Numbered from the stretch's first letter, positions 1 to 8,767 are shown. The stretch: 37,371 nt of DNA from a virus (IMGVR_UViG_2579779116_000018:1-37371); one strand, 5' to 3'. Notes: generated by a model from the sequence alone, not told the origin. Translations and numbers: made by a program.

Positions 1-270
1 ATGAACATTACCAAAGCAATCCATAACTATGCTCGCCGCCGTGGAATCGAACTTCAACTCGAAGATGAGCAGGTTAGATTCTGGGAGATAGAACAAGATT
101 GTGAATGGATGTTCAGCTATTCGATTGCTCAATGTGGTTGCTTGTTCTGGAAAGGTAATGTGTATCTTCCTCGCGATATTAAAGAAGAACTTCCGGCGAT
201 GATTGGCACCGATAAGAAGTTAAAGGAAGTCTTAGATTTTATCTACAAAGAGTTTATTAGCAAGAAGTAA
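1..270 (+). CDS. hypothetical protein (89 aa)
   Basis: ORF starting at window edge, followed by intrinsic terminator at 281-307; no recognisable motif. May be 5' truncated by the window. Confidence 0.45.
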   Translation: MNITKAIHNYARRRGIELQLEDEQVRFWEIEQDCEWMFSYSIAQCGCLFWKGNVYLPRDIKEELPAMIGTDKKLKEVLDFIYKEFISKK

Positions 271-280
271 TTTCTAATTT

Positions 281-307
281 GGTGGGTGCAATTCCCACCG
301 CTTTTTA
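281..307 (+). terminator. rho-independent terminator
   Basis: Hairpin GGTGGG-tgcaattc-CCCACC followed by GCTTTTT directly after the stop of ORF 1-270. Confidence 0.6.
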
Positions 308-322
308 AATGGAGAATCAAAC

Positions 323-403
323 ATGTTAGCTTTTATCTCATTCGTGGGAGGTAGTCTCACAACTATGATCAGCCTTTCTTATATTGTCGTTAGTATGGGG
401 TGA
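323..403 (+). CDS. small hydrophobic peptide (26 aa)
   Basis: ATG at 323 preceded by TGGAGAA about 7 nt upstream; product MLAFISFVGGSLTTMISLSYIVVSMG is hydrophobic. Below the ORF-track size cutoff; found by hand. Confidence 0.3.
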   Translation: MLAFISFVGGSLTTMISLSYIVVSMG

Positions 404-406
404 GCA

Positions 407-532
407 ATGAAACAATTTCATGATGGCATTTCATCTAAGACATTCAAGAAAGAATATAGCGGATTGTGTATTAACTGGATTGATTTGATTGGTGCGGTTG
501 TGTTTGGTCTGGTAATCAGCATCAACTTTTAA
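407..532 (+). CDS. small membrane protein (41 aa)
   Basis: ATG at 407 preceded by GGGGTGAG; C-terminal hydrophobic stretch LIGAVVFGLVISINF. Found by hand. Confidence 0.35.
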   Translation: MKQFHDGISSKTFKKEYSGLCINWIDLIGAVVFGLVISINF

Positions 533-533
533 C

Positions 534-549
534 GATATAAATATATCGT
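534..549. promoter_or_regulatory. 16 bp perfect palindrome CGATATAAATATATCG (possible operator)
   Basis: Perfect inverted repeat 30 nt upstream of the start of the 578-1624 gene; AT-rich core resembles a -10 element. Confidence 0.3.
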
Positions 550-577
550 AATTCAGATAACAAGAGGAAATTCTACT

Positions 578-1624
578 ATGAAAATTAGGTTTGCGTGTGA
601 TATTGATTGGATTAAAAACAGTAGTCGTTCAATATCACCTAGTGTATTCGAATCTCGCATAATCGCTCTGTGTAAAGAAATTAACTATGAATTTCTTGGA
701 TTCTATGGTGAGTGGAAAGGGATTAAAACAAAACTTGTTCTAAAATGTAGTGAGGGGCATGTTTATAATTCTGCCACAATCGATGGATTTATTGGTTCTG
801 GGCGTCGTTGTCCTGAGTGCAAAAAGATTAATCTGGTAAAGAAAAAAATTCGTGCAATCTCTCCCGAAGAATATACGCGACGTCTTAATGATGTATGCCT
901 AGAAGATGGTTATACATTCATTGGATTCTATGGTGAGTGGAAAGGTAACGAGACAAAAGTAATCATGCGGTGTCCTCATGGTCATGAATATAACACAGCC
1001 ACTATAAACAGCTTTCTATGTGGTATTCGTTGTCCTGAATGTAAGCGAGACAAGCTAATAGCACGAAATACAATTTCTATTGAAGAGTATAACGAAAATA
1101 TAGAAAATATGTGTTCGTCTATCGGTTATGTTTATCATGGTATTGTTGGAGAATGGAAAGGGTATAACACTAAAATATCCCTTACTTGTTCGGCTGGTCA
1201 TACATTCAAGACGGCATCTATTAGAAGTTTTCTGTATAATGGTAGCCGTTGTCCTTGTTGTGCAAGTTACGGTTATAACGTGGCTAAAGCTGGTTATCTA
1301 TATGTACAGCACGTCACGGGCGAAGTTGAAGCCATTAAATTTGGAATCACCAACCGAAAACCGGAACAGCGAATGAGACAGCACATCAACCGTTCAAAGC
1401 TGAATCATGAACTTGTGTTCTCTATGAAATTTGAAGACGGGCAAAAGGCGCTGGATGTAGAAACGAGAATTAAGCAGATCTGGAAGGGGAAGACCGGATA
1501 TGTTTCAAGAGAGTTAATGGAAGATGGTTTTACAGAAACATTACCAGCCGAAATTATGAACGTTTTTTTAAAAGATGTTAAATCGATGTGCAATCTTGCT
1601 GTAATGAATATTAGCCTCGCCTAG
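578..1624 (+). CDS. protein with three tandem Zn-ribbon-like repeats and C-terminal T5orf172 (GIY-YIG-like) domain (348 aa)
   Basis: RBS AAGAGGAA before ATG. Three copies of about 50 aa unit F-x-G-E-W-K-G...T-K...C-x-x-G-H...R-C-P-x-C; C-terminal GYLYV...KFGIT.RKPEQRMRQH matches the T5orf172 signature from memory. Paralogous to 3405-4580 and 4735-5304. Confidence 0.75.
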   Translation: MKIRFACDIDWIKNSSRSISPSVFESRIIALCKEINYEFLGFYGEWKGIKTKLVLKCSEGHVYNSATIDGFIGSGRRCPECKKINLVKKKIRAISPEEYTRRLNDVCLEDGYTFIGFYGEWKGNETKVIMRCPHGHEYNTATINSFLCGIRCPECKRDKLIARNTISIEEYNENIENMCSSIGYVYHGIVGEWKGYNTKISLTCSAGHTFKTASIRSFLYNGSRCPCCASYGYNVAKAGYLYVQHVTGEVEAIKFGITNRKPEQRMRQHINRSKLNHELVFSMKFEDGQKALDVETRIKQIWKGKTGYVSRELMEDGFTETLPAEIMNVFLKDVKSMCNLAVMNISLA

Positions 1625-1637
1625 CGCGGGGCTTTTT
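1613..1637 (+). terminator. rho-independent terminator overlapping stop codon
   Basis: AGCCTCGC-ctagc-GCGGGGCT hairpin (one G-U pair) followed by TTTTT; stop TAG of the upstream gene lies in the loop. Confidence 0.6.
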
Positions 1638-1651
1638 ACTATGGGGTTATT

Positions 1652-3331
1652 ATGAAAACTAAGTTGTATTCATATATCCGCTTCTCGTCTATGAAGCAAG
1701 CGGATGGTAGTTCTTATGAACGCCAGAAGAGAACAGCGAAAGAGATAGCCGCAAAATATGATCTTGAGCTAGTTACAAGCTATCAGGATTTTGGTGTATC
1801 TGCATTCAAAGGGGCTAACAGTAGAACAGGTGCACTATCTCGCTTTCTGGATGAGATTGGTCGATCTGTTCCGGTTGGTAGCTGGCTGGTTGTGGAAAAC
1901 TTGGACCGTATCTCTCGCCAATCCATCATTGAAGCACAAGAGCTATTTCTCTCGATCATACGTAGGGGAATAACCATTGTCACTGGTATGGATGGGAAAG
2001 TGTATAGCCGCGAATCGGTTAATGCTAATCCCATCGATTTACTATTGAGTGTCATGTTGTTTGCGAGAGCTAACGAGGAAAGCCAGACTAAGCGCAATCG
2101 TACTAACTCAAGCGCACTGATTAAGATTAAGTCGCATCAAGAAAATCCCCAGAATCCGGCAGTGGCAATCGAGGAAGTTGGGAAGAATATGTGGTGGACG
2201 GATACCACTTCCGGTTATGTGTTGCCTCATCCTACATACTTCCCTGTTGTTCAGGAGATTGTGGAATTACGGAAGAATGGACGTTCAACCGCCGAAATAC
2301 TGGATCACCTTAACGAGACATATGCACCACCACCAGCAGTAAGCAACAAGAAGCATTCAAAATGGTCACGGGCAATGGTTGAAAGGTTGTTTCATACCCG
2401 CGCTTTGATTGGTATCAAGGAGGTCTCTGTCGATGGTGTTAACTATGAGTTAAAGGATTATTACCCTCGTGTTATTGATGATGCTACGTTCTATCACCTT
2501 AAGAAAAATATTGGTGCTAGAGCATGGAACTTTGGAGACAAGGAAGAAGTTAAACCGATCCCCCTGCTTAGTGGTATTGGCCTATTGAAATGTGATCATT
2601 GCGGTTGCGCTATGGTTAAAGTGAAGGGAACGAACAAACGTTCTGACCAGTATCGTTATACATGTGATGCGACCCGTTCACGTAGACTTGATTGCGAGCA
2701 TCCAAACTGGAGTTTTCGAGGTGATCAATTAGAGAAAGCTGTATTGCAATTGCTGGCTGATAAAATCTGGATTGCTGAGGACAAGGCTAATCCGGTTCCG
2801 GCGTTGAAAGTACAGGTTGATGAAATATCACGCAAGATTGATAACCTGATTGCCCTTTCTGCTATGACAGGAGCAACGAAGGAGCTAGCCGATCAGATTA
2901 CTACCCTCAATAGCGAGCGTGAAACACTCTACAATCAGATCAAGATGGCAGAAGAGGAAATGTATTCTGTTGACTCTCAAGGCTGGGAGAAGCTCGCAGA
3001 ATTTGATTTAGAAGATGTTTACAACGAGGAACGACTAAAGGTCCGGTTTAAGATTAAGCAAGCTCTAAAGCGGATCGGGTGTAGCAGGATTGACAGAAAC
3101 AAAAACTTGTTTGTACTGGAATACATCGATGGAAAGACCCAGAGAGTTGTAATAGAAAATTCAAGAGGAACGAGGAAAGGACAAATCTTTGTCGATTTGA
3201 AAACTATCAATGATAGGCAGATTCTGGAGAGTAACGGGCTTGTTCTGCATCCATGTTTAGACATGCTGACAGATAAGAACTGGAAACCAGAAGAGGAAAT
3301 ACCAGGTCCATTACAGGAATTTGGAATTTAA
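1652..3331 (+). CDS. large serine recombinase (559 aa)
   Basis: N-terminal resolvase-type catalytic domain (YSYIRFSSMKQ with candidate nucleophilic Ser), recombinase domain, Cys-rich zinc ribbon CDHCGC...YTCDATRSRRLDCEH, and C-terminal coiled coil: the typical large serine recombinase architecture. Confidence 0.9.
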   Translation: MKTKLYSYIRFSSMKQADGSSYERQKRTAKEIAAKYDLELVTSYQDFGVSAFKGANSRTGALSRFLDEIGRSVPVGSWLVVENLDRISRQSIIEAQELFLSIIRRGITIVTGMDGKVYSRESVNANPIDLLLSVMLFARANEESQTKRNRTNSSALIKIKSHQENPQNPAVAIEEVGKNMWWTDTTSGYVLPHPTYFPVVQEIVELRKNGRSTAEILDHLNETYAPPPAVSNKKHSKWSRAMVERLFHTRALIGIKEVSVDGVNYELKDYYPRVIDDATFYHLKKNIGARAWNFGDKEEVKPIPLLSGIGLLKCDHCGCAMVKVKGTNKRSDQYRYTCDATRSRRLDCEHPNWSFRGDQLEKAVLQLLADKIWIAEDKANPVPALKVQVDEISRKIDNLIALSAMTGATKELADQITTLNSERETLYNQIKMAEEEMYSVDSQGWEKLAEFDLEDVYNEERLKVRFKIKQALKRIGCSRIDRNKNLFVLEYIDGKTQRVVIENSRGTRKGQIFVDLKTINDRQILESNGLVLHPCLDMLTDKNWKPEEEIPGPLQEFGI

Positions 3332-3367
3332 GCGGCCTAAATCGACGTATAACGAGCTAAAACAGTT

Positions 3368-3396
3368 AAGGGGTACATTCGTACCCCTTTTTAATT
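3368..3396. terminator. bidirectional intrinsic terminator between convergent genes
   Basis: Perfect hairpin AAGGGGTAC-attc-GTACCCCTT followed by TTTTTAATTT; sits between the recombinase stop (3331) and the minus-strand gene stop (3405). Confidence 0.7.
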
Positions 3397-3404
3397 TAAT
3401 TGCA

Positions 3405-4580
3405 TTAGAGAGCGTTTAAGAGAGTATTAAAGTATTCATCCATTAAATCAGGATTGTTGTCATCAATACAGAAAAATTCCGGTTTATTGATGCCGTAGAA
3501 GTGAGTATGTAGCTTGAATGTATCGTCATCAAATACATCTTTCGGAGATACCCACATATTAGCCTCGTCCGGTTGATTGGTTAGGTAGTCATAAACCAGT
3601 TGCTGTAAGTGCGGCAACTCATCAATAGTCAGAGTTTCCGACCATCCATCCTTGAAATCTTTGTAGGGTGCTGCATGAGTCTTGAAGCGTTGTTTTACTT
3701 CATGCTCTAAATCGGCAGCTTTCCAACCATCCTCAAACTCATGAGTAAAGATTAAGCGGTGAGTGAAGTTGCTCTTTCTGGTTTGTTCTCTCATTCGTTC
3801 TTCTGGTTTTCGGGTAGTGATTCCAAATTTAATAAATTTGTCATCTAATAATTGAATGTAGAAACTAGCCTTACCCTGATAAGTCCGGTTAGACAGTTGC
3901 ACCAGTTGGTCTTTAATGCAAAGCGGACAAGTGAAAGAATCAGCACATCTTAAATGAGATTCCCATTCGTGGTTATGTGACTTGCAATAGGTTTTAAATT
4001 TAACATCCTTTAGGTGTGGGGTGTTTATGGTAAATCCTTTGAAGATGTAAGGTGTAGTCTCGCAACGTGCATTGATGATTGTCTCTTTGTCCTTAATAAC
4101 TTCATCAAAAGTCTTGCCACTTCTTACCCGTTGGGATTTTTCAGCCATACAGATTTTACAATCAAAATCAAAATCATCCTTGAGAGCATGTAATAGAGAT
4201 GGCGTCATGATTTGATTGTGTATAGGACACAAAACACGGGCTTTTGTCTTGTTGCGCCCTTTCCATTCTCCTTGCCATCCTAGAAACTTCTTTCCCTTCT
4301 CATTACAACGAGATTCCATTTTCAACCATACAGCCTTTTCAGTCTGGAATAACTCACCCCCGTTAGTATCTTCCAGTTTGCGTAATTTGTAGTCCTTATA
4401 TTCTTGTGTATCTAAATTGTAGATTCGAAAGTAAGTGTGATTACCCTTCCACGGTAGGATAAATCCACCAAATACGAAAGCAGGTTCCAGTTTAGCGATG
4501 ATTCGTTGTTGGTACTCTTCCGGCGATAAACCGCGAGTTTTCTTAACAAAAGGAATTTCGGCAGCGTAAGCAAGTTTCAT
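3405..4580 (-). CDS. Zn-ribbon-repeat / T5orf172 domain protein, paralog B (391 aa)
   Basis: Start moved from ORF-track 4691 to the internal ATG at 4578-4580, which has RBS AGAGGAAACTACT upstream and gives an N-terminus (MKLAYAAEIPFVKKTRGLSPEEY) matching the paralogs. WKG/C...CP.C repeats and C-terminal FYIQL...KFGITTRKPEERMREQ. Confidence 0.75.
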   Translation of the reverse strand: MKLAYAAEIPFVKKTRGLSPEEYQQRIIAKLEPAFVFGGFILPWKGNHTYFRIYNLDTQEYKDYKLRKLEDTNGGELFQTEKAVWLKMESRCNEKGKKFLGWQGEWKGRNKTKARVLCPIHNQIMTPSLLHALKDDFDFDCKICMAEKSQRVRSGKTFDEVIKDKETIINARCETTPYIFKGFTINTPHLKDVKFKTYCKSHNHEWESHLRCADSFTCPLCIKDQLVQLSNRTYQGKASFYIQLLDDKFIKFGITTRKPEERMREQTRKSNFTHRLIFTHEFEDGWKAADLEHEVKQRFKTHAAPYKDFKDGWSETLTIDELPHLQQLVYDYLTNQPDEANMWVSPKDVFDDDTFKLHTHFYGINKPEFFCIDDNNPDLMDEYFNTLLNAL

Positions 4581-4639
4581 AGTAGTTTCCTCTAAAATAA
4601 TAAGTTCACTACTATTTATTAGAGAAAATTGTCTTACTA

Positions 4640-4667
4640 TTGCATTCTCTATCTGAATGTGTATAAT
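4640..4667 (+). promoter_or_regulatory. putative sigma70 promoter for the 4735 gene
   Basis: TTGCAT (4640-4645), 16 bp spacer, TATAAT (4662-4667), in the divergent intergenic region 4581-4734. Confidence 0.4.
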
Positions 4668-4734
4668 ACGCGACCCTAAATCCCAAACCAACCATATTGA
4701 GGTTATGCCTATAAGTTAAAAAAGTGAGGTCTAT

Positions 4735-5304
4735 ATGATTCCAGTAATGGCTAAAGATATTGTTTTTACTCCTAAATCCTCCCGTGCTGTAACTCCATCG
4801 GCATTAGAACAACGCATTCTGACTCACATCAAAGATAAGGACTTACCATTAGTCTTTCATGGCTTTCTGGGTGAGTTTAAAGGGCTTCATTCAAGAATTG
4901 CTCTAACATGTACCCGATGCGGTAATAGAGCCGACAAATCAGCTACTAACCTGCTTAATGAAGGTAAACGATGTGTTTGCTTCAATAGTGACTACTTTCA
5001 ATATAAAGCGGGTGTGCCTTATCTCTATGTAATGAAGTCTGGGGATATTGGTAAATTTGGTGTTACAAAGTCAATCATCAAGCGACGTGTTAATCTGGGT
5101 GTACGCAATCCCGGTCATAACTTTGATATTGTCTTTGCTGGTGAAATGCCATCAATGAAACATGCTTTAGCCACTGAAAGAGCAATAAAGAGATTACTGG
5201 ATGTGGGTATAGGCGGGATTGAATACGGCAAAACTGAAACATTCCACTACTGCAATAAATCACTAAACAATATAAAGAATATTGCAAGTGTGGAGTGGAA
5301 CTAA
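4735..5304 (+). CDS. Zn-ribbon / T5orf172 domain protein, paralog C (189 aa)
   Basis: RBS GTGAGGT before ATG; one GEFKG...C..C...RCVC repeat and C-terminal PYLYV...GKFGVTKSIIKRR T5orf172-like segment. Confidence 0.75.
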   Translation: MIPVMAKDIVFTPKSSRAVTPSALEQRILTHIKDKDLPLVFHGFLGEFKGLHSRIALTCTRCGNRADKSATNLLNEGKRCVCFNSDYFQYKAGVPYLYVMKSGDIGKFGVTKSIIKRRVNLGVRNPGHNFDIVFAGEMPSMKHALATERAIKRLLDVGIGGIEYGKTETFHYCNKSLNNIKNIASVEWN

Positions 5305-6794
5305 TGCAAGATATTAAAATTCATTTTCAAGATTACAGTTTCGTTAAGGTTGATTGCTCTCCTTCTATCGGAATGGAATTAAGAGATTATTTCTCTTTTG
5401 AGGTTGAAGGGGCTAGGTTTAGCCCCCGATACAAGTATTCAGGCTGGGATGGACGAATAAGACTGTTTACGCATGAGAATACCCTACCAATTGGACTATT
5501 AAAAACGTTGGGTGTCTTTGTTAAAAATATGGGGTATTCAGTCTGGATTGACCCGCGATTGCTTGAGAAGGAAGATGTAACCAAAGAACAGATTGATTCA
5601 TGGATTGATTCTTTAGAAGTGTATTCCGGTAGCAATAAAATCAATCCTTACTGGTATCAGCGTGAAGCAGTCTTTCAGGGTATTCATAATCGCCGTAGAA
5701 TGCTGGTTCTTCCTACCAGTGCGGGTAAGTCATTGATTGCTTGTATGCTGTCTCGTTGGTACTTAGAGCATTACACCGGAAAGGTGTTAATCATTGTCCC
5801 GACTACATCGCTAGTGGTTCAAATGAGGGATGATTTCATCGATTATCGGTTATTCCCTTATGAAGCAATCCATACAATGATGAGTGGTAGCGGGAAACAT
5901 CCGGGAGACAGGTTAATCACGGTTAGTACCTGGCAATCAGCTTGCAAGATGCCTCCTGAATGGTTCAAACAATATGGAATGTTGATAGTTGATGAATCGC
6001 ATAAGGCTAGTGCCAAAAATATTACCAATATCATTAACGGAATGAATCATTGCCAATTTAAGATCGGCATGACTGGTTCCCCGAAAGAATCAAAGTGCCA
6101 TTTAATGCAGTATGTCGGGCTTTTCGGTGATATTTCCAAGATCGTGAGTATTGACCGCCTGATGGAAGAAGGGCAGGTGACAAAACTGAAAATTAACTGT
6201 CTTTTCCTTCGTTATACCGATGAGGAATGTAGCGCGGTTAAGGGGAGAGAATATGCGGAAGAGATCAAGTATATTACATCTAACCCACGACGTAATAAGT
6301 TTGCTTGCAATTTGGCGCTAAAACTCGCTAAGAAGGGCGAAAACGTATTCCTGATGTTCCGCAATACTAAGCACGGAAAACTTATGTATGACGCGTTACA
6401 GAAGGTACACGACAAGGTTTATTATATTGACGGTGGAGTTAAGACAGAAGAACGTGATGAATTTAAGAAAATGGCGGAGGGTGACACCGGGATCATTTGT
6501 GTTGCGTCTTATGGTGTGTTCTCTACTGGTGTTTCAATTAAGAATTTGCACCATGTTATTTTCGGTCATCCAGTGAAGGAATCAACTATCGTTCGTCAGA
6601 GTATCGGTCGTGCATTGCGTAAACATGGTTCTAAGGATATTGCAACGGTCTGGGATCTTATAGATCATCTGTGTATATTCGGTCGTAACGGAAAAATCAA
6701 GCATAAAAATTATGCGGTAAAACATGCACTTGAGAGAATCCGCTATTATCTAACCGACAAGTTCAGATATGCAACTAAAACAATTGCTATATAA
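5304..6794 (+). CDS. SF2 DEAD/DEAH-box DNA helicase (about 496 aa)
   Basis: Walker A LPTSAGKS, DESH box (LIVDESHKAS), motif III MTGSPK, motif VI VRQSIGRALR. Start taken as ATG 5304 (RBS GGAGTGG) rather than the ORF-track GTG at 5295. Confidence 0.85.
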   Translation: MQDIKIHFQDYSFVKVDCSPSIGMELRDYFSFEVEGARFSPRYKYSGWDGRIRLFTHENTLPIGLLKTLGVFVKNMGYSVWIDPRLLEKEDVTKEQIDSWIDSLEVYSGSNKINPYWYQREAVFQGIHNRRRMLVLPTSAGKSLIACMLSRWYLEHYTGKVLIIVPTTSLVVQMRDDFIDYRLFPYEAIHTMMSGSGKHPGDRLITVSTWQSACKMPPEWFKQYGMLIVDESHKASAKNITNIINGMNHCQFKIGMTGSPKESKCHLMQYVGLFGDISKIVSIDRLMEEGQVTKLKINCLFLRYTDEECSAVKGREYAEEIKYITSNPRRNKFACNLALKLAKKGENVFLMFRNTKHGKLMYDALQKVHDKVYYIDGGVKTEERDEFKKMAEGDTGIICVASYGVFSTGVSIKNLHHVIFGHPVKESTIVRQSIGRALRKHGSKDIATVWDLIDHLCIFGRNGKIKHKNYAVKHALERIRYYLTDKFRYATKTIAI

Positions 6795-6796
6795 CA

Positions 6797-6827
6797 AAAA
6801 AGCGCCCACTAGAGGCGCTTTAATTTT
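6797..6827. terminator. bidirectional intrinsic terminator
   Basis: AGCGCC-cactaga-GGCGCT hairpin flanked by A-run on one side and T-run on the other, between convergent helicase and M15 peptidase genes. Confidence 0.65.
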
Positions 6828-7179
6828 ATCCATTCCATCGTGATTTTTTCGATCTGGAATCGATATGCGTAAAGGTTTTATATTTGCCTAAGCCGTATTG
6901 AGTAGGATATTTCCCATCAAGATAAGCATGGACAATATCAGGGGAGACACCCTTGATCACAATGTCAGCCGCACGGCCTCGAACGTGATAGCTGTTGGTT
7001 GCACCGCCTACATTCTTGTTATGAGTTGGGCAACGGTTCCCACTGTTAATAATTACTGGTTTCCCGAAGTGTTCGCGTACATCCTCAAGAATTACCAGTA
7101 ATTCAGCGTCGATTGTATCATAATCACATTTTCCACATTTACATTTAAATTCCTTGCGAGAAAAATGTTTGCTTAACAT
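6826..7179 (-). CDS. peptidase M15-family zinc peptidase, candidate endolysin (117 aa)
   Basis: N-terminal LSKHFSRKEF and SGNRCPTHNKNVGGATNSYHVRGRAADI ... THID match the M15 (VanY / L-Ala-D-Glu peptidase-like) metal-binding signature; strong RBS TAAGGGGGT; last gene of the late operon. Confidence 0.7.
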   Translation of the reverse strand: MLSKHFSRKEFKCKCGKCDYDTIDAELLVILEDVREHFGKPVIINSGNRCPTHNKNVGGATNSYHVRGRAADIVIKGVSPDIVHAYLDGKYPTQYGLGKYKTFTHIDSRSKKSRWNG

Positions 7180-7188
7180 ATTACCCCC

Positions 7189-7536
7189 TTAGATCATTTC
7201 GAAGATATAACCAATAAAGCGCATACCCTTGATATAATAAGGAGCAGTGCCTACACACACCGCGCGTGCATCACCCAGACAGTTAAAGCTATAAGGATTA
7301 ACTACATCGACTTCTTGCCCGACACGAAAACGATACTTAGGACGTTTAGCCAATGTAGCGACACAAAACACGGTCCCTTTTTCATGATCGCGGATACATT
7401 CTTTATATTGTTTATGTTTAACTCTCTTCGCCTCAAAATCATAGGTCATTGATTCTGGGCTAATGCCATTAATAAAAATACCGGAAAGCTGATCGACCGG
7501 ATAAGTAGGAAATTCAGTGAAAATATTTTTAGCCAT
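7189..7536 (-). CDS. hypothetical protein (115 aa)
   Basis: RBS TGGGGGTATAAC before ATG; tightly packed in the late operon; no motif recognised. Confidence 0.6.
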   Translation of the reverse strand: MAKNIFTEFPTYPVDQLSGIFINGISPESMTYDFEAKRVKHKQYKECIRDHEKGTVFCVATLAKRPKYRFRVGQEVDVVNPYSFNCLGDARAVCVGTAPYYIKGMRFIGYIFEMI

Positions 7537-7574
7537 GTTATACCCCCATAAGATTCTATGAGGGTATTTATGGA

Positions 7575-8258
7575 TTAAACGTATTTCATGCGCGATTTAA
7601 TGTGCTTATTAATGTTCTTAAGCATCATTTCCTCGTTGCTTTCCCACGATCCTAGCGTCGAATAACGAGTAGAAATTTTATCCGATTTAACGGCAACAAT
7701 TCGCTTACTCTGTTTCTGGATGCGTTTCTCTAAGCGACGTTTTGCCACCGCCGATCCATTCCTAGCGCGTTTGGTTCGGGATTTCTTAGGCTTGTACTTC
7801 TTCATGATAAAAGTCCCTTCCTTGTTCTCTACCTTGATGAAGTTGCCGTTTTCGATGTTACGCATCATCTTACCGCCTTTGATGGCCTTAATGTTCCCGT
7901 GGGAGTCTAAGACCTTACCGTTGGCGATTGGAACTAGCTTATTGATTTTGCCCCCATCGAAATAGTGTTTCAGATAGTCGTCCTGACTGCCGATCTTCTT
8001 GTCCTTATCCCTTGCGCCCTTGATGAAGATTTGGTGTCTGGTCCCTGATCGGTTCTTGTAGTTGGTATTACCTACAGCTTGCTGAGTCCAGCGAGTAGGT
8101 CTATCAACATTCTTGTTAATCTTCTTCTGGAGTGCTCTGGAAGCAAAGATCGCCCCTTCCCCTAGTGCCCTTTCGAATGTATCGGTTGCCTTTTCAGACC
8201 ATTGCCGTAACGCTTTCTTAGTCCTTAGAGCGTTTCGTTTATTGGTACTGGTTGCCAT
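7575..8258 (-). CDS. hypothetical basic protein (227 aa)
   Basis: RBS AGGGGGCTAAC before ATG; Lys/Arg-rich; function unknown. Confidence 0.6.
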   Translation of the reverse strand: MATSTNKRNALRTKKALRQWSEKATDTFERALGEGAIFASRALQKKINKNVDRPTRWTQQAVGNTNYKNRSGTRHQIFIKGARDKDKKIGSQDDYLKHYFDGGKINKLVPIANGKVLDSHGNIKAIKGGKMMRNIENGNFIKVENKEGTFIMKKYKPKKSRTKRARNGSAVAKRRLEKRIQKQSKRIVAVKSDKISTRYSTLGSWESNEEMMLKNINKHIKSRMKYV

Positions 8259-8259
8259 G

Positions 8260-8430
8260 TTAGCCCCCTAATAACGAAAAGACCCCCGCCAGTGTCCTTA
8301 GCAATTGTTCATCCACGGTCATAGCCGGGAGTTCAAGCCCAAAGGACGTTAGCAGAGGTCTAATTGCTACGTTATAAGTGAGGGCGATAATCAAGAGATA
8401 ACCAAAATATTTCTTAAGTTTATTCTTCAT
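8260..8430 (-). CDS. small membrane protein (56 aa), possible lysis accessory
   Basis: Hand-found ORF MKNKLKKYFGYLLIIALTYNVAI... with RBS AAAGGGGTGAAT; one hydrophobic helix; no Cys, so not a lipoprotein o-spanin. Confidence 0.4.
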   Translation of the reverse strand: MKNKLKKYFGYLLIIALTYNVAIRPLLTSFGLELPAMTVDEQLLRTLAGVFSLLGG

Positions 8431-8448
8431 ATATTCACCCCTTTATTA

Positions 8449-8727
8449 TTATTTTTGTCTGAGTAAATCGATAACTTGGTCAAATTTAGCGTCCATAGCA
8501 ACCACTTTCTTTTCTATACCGTGAAGGGTTTGTTCCATGCGATAAACTCTCTCGGCGATCTGGTCATGGTTACTTTGCATTGTTTCAAACTTCTGATTAA
8601 ACAATGCATCATTGGACTCTAATTTCGACAATCTATTTTCAGTTGCTAATTGATTTCGGTGAAGTCTCCATAATCCACCGCAAATTAAGGCGATAACACC
8701 GATACCGCCATATATAATTTCAGTCAT
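8449..8727 (-). CDS. membrane protein with N-terminal TM helix and coiled coil (92 aa), possible holin or i-spanin-like
   Basis: MTEIIYGGIGVIALICGGLW TM segment followed by a charged helical region; RBS GGGGGCGTA; follows the terminator after the tip gene. Confidence 0.5.
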   Translation of the reverse strand: MTEIIYGGIGVIALICGGLWRLHRNQLATENRLSKLESNDALFNQKFETMQSNHDQIAERVYRMEQTLHGIEKKVVAMDAKFDQVIDLLRQK

Positions 8728-8767
8728 TACGCCCCCGATATTTTTATATAGTTTAATGGCAGAATTA

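Noticed and set aside
5295-5303. GTG start for the helicase as given by the ORF track
   Set aside because: The ATG at 5304 is correctly spaced from GGAGTGG; the GTG would overlap the upstream stop without an RBS. Either remains possible; the call is kept at 5304.
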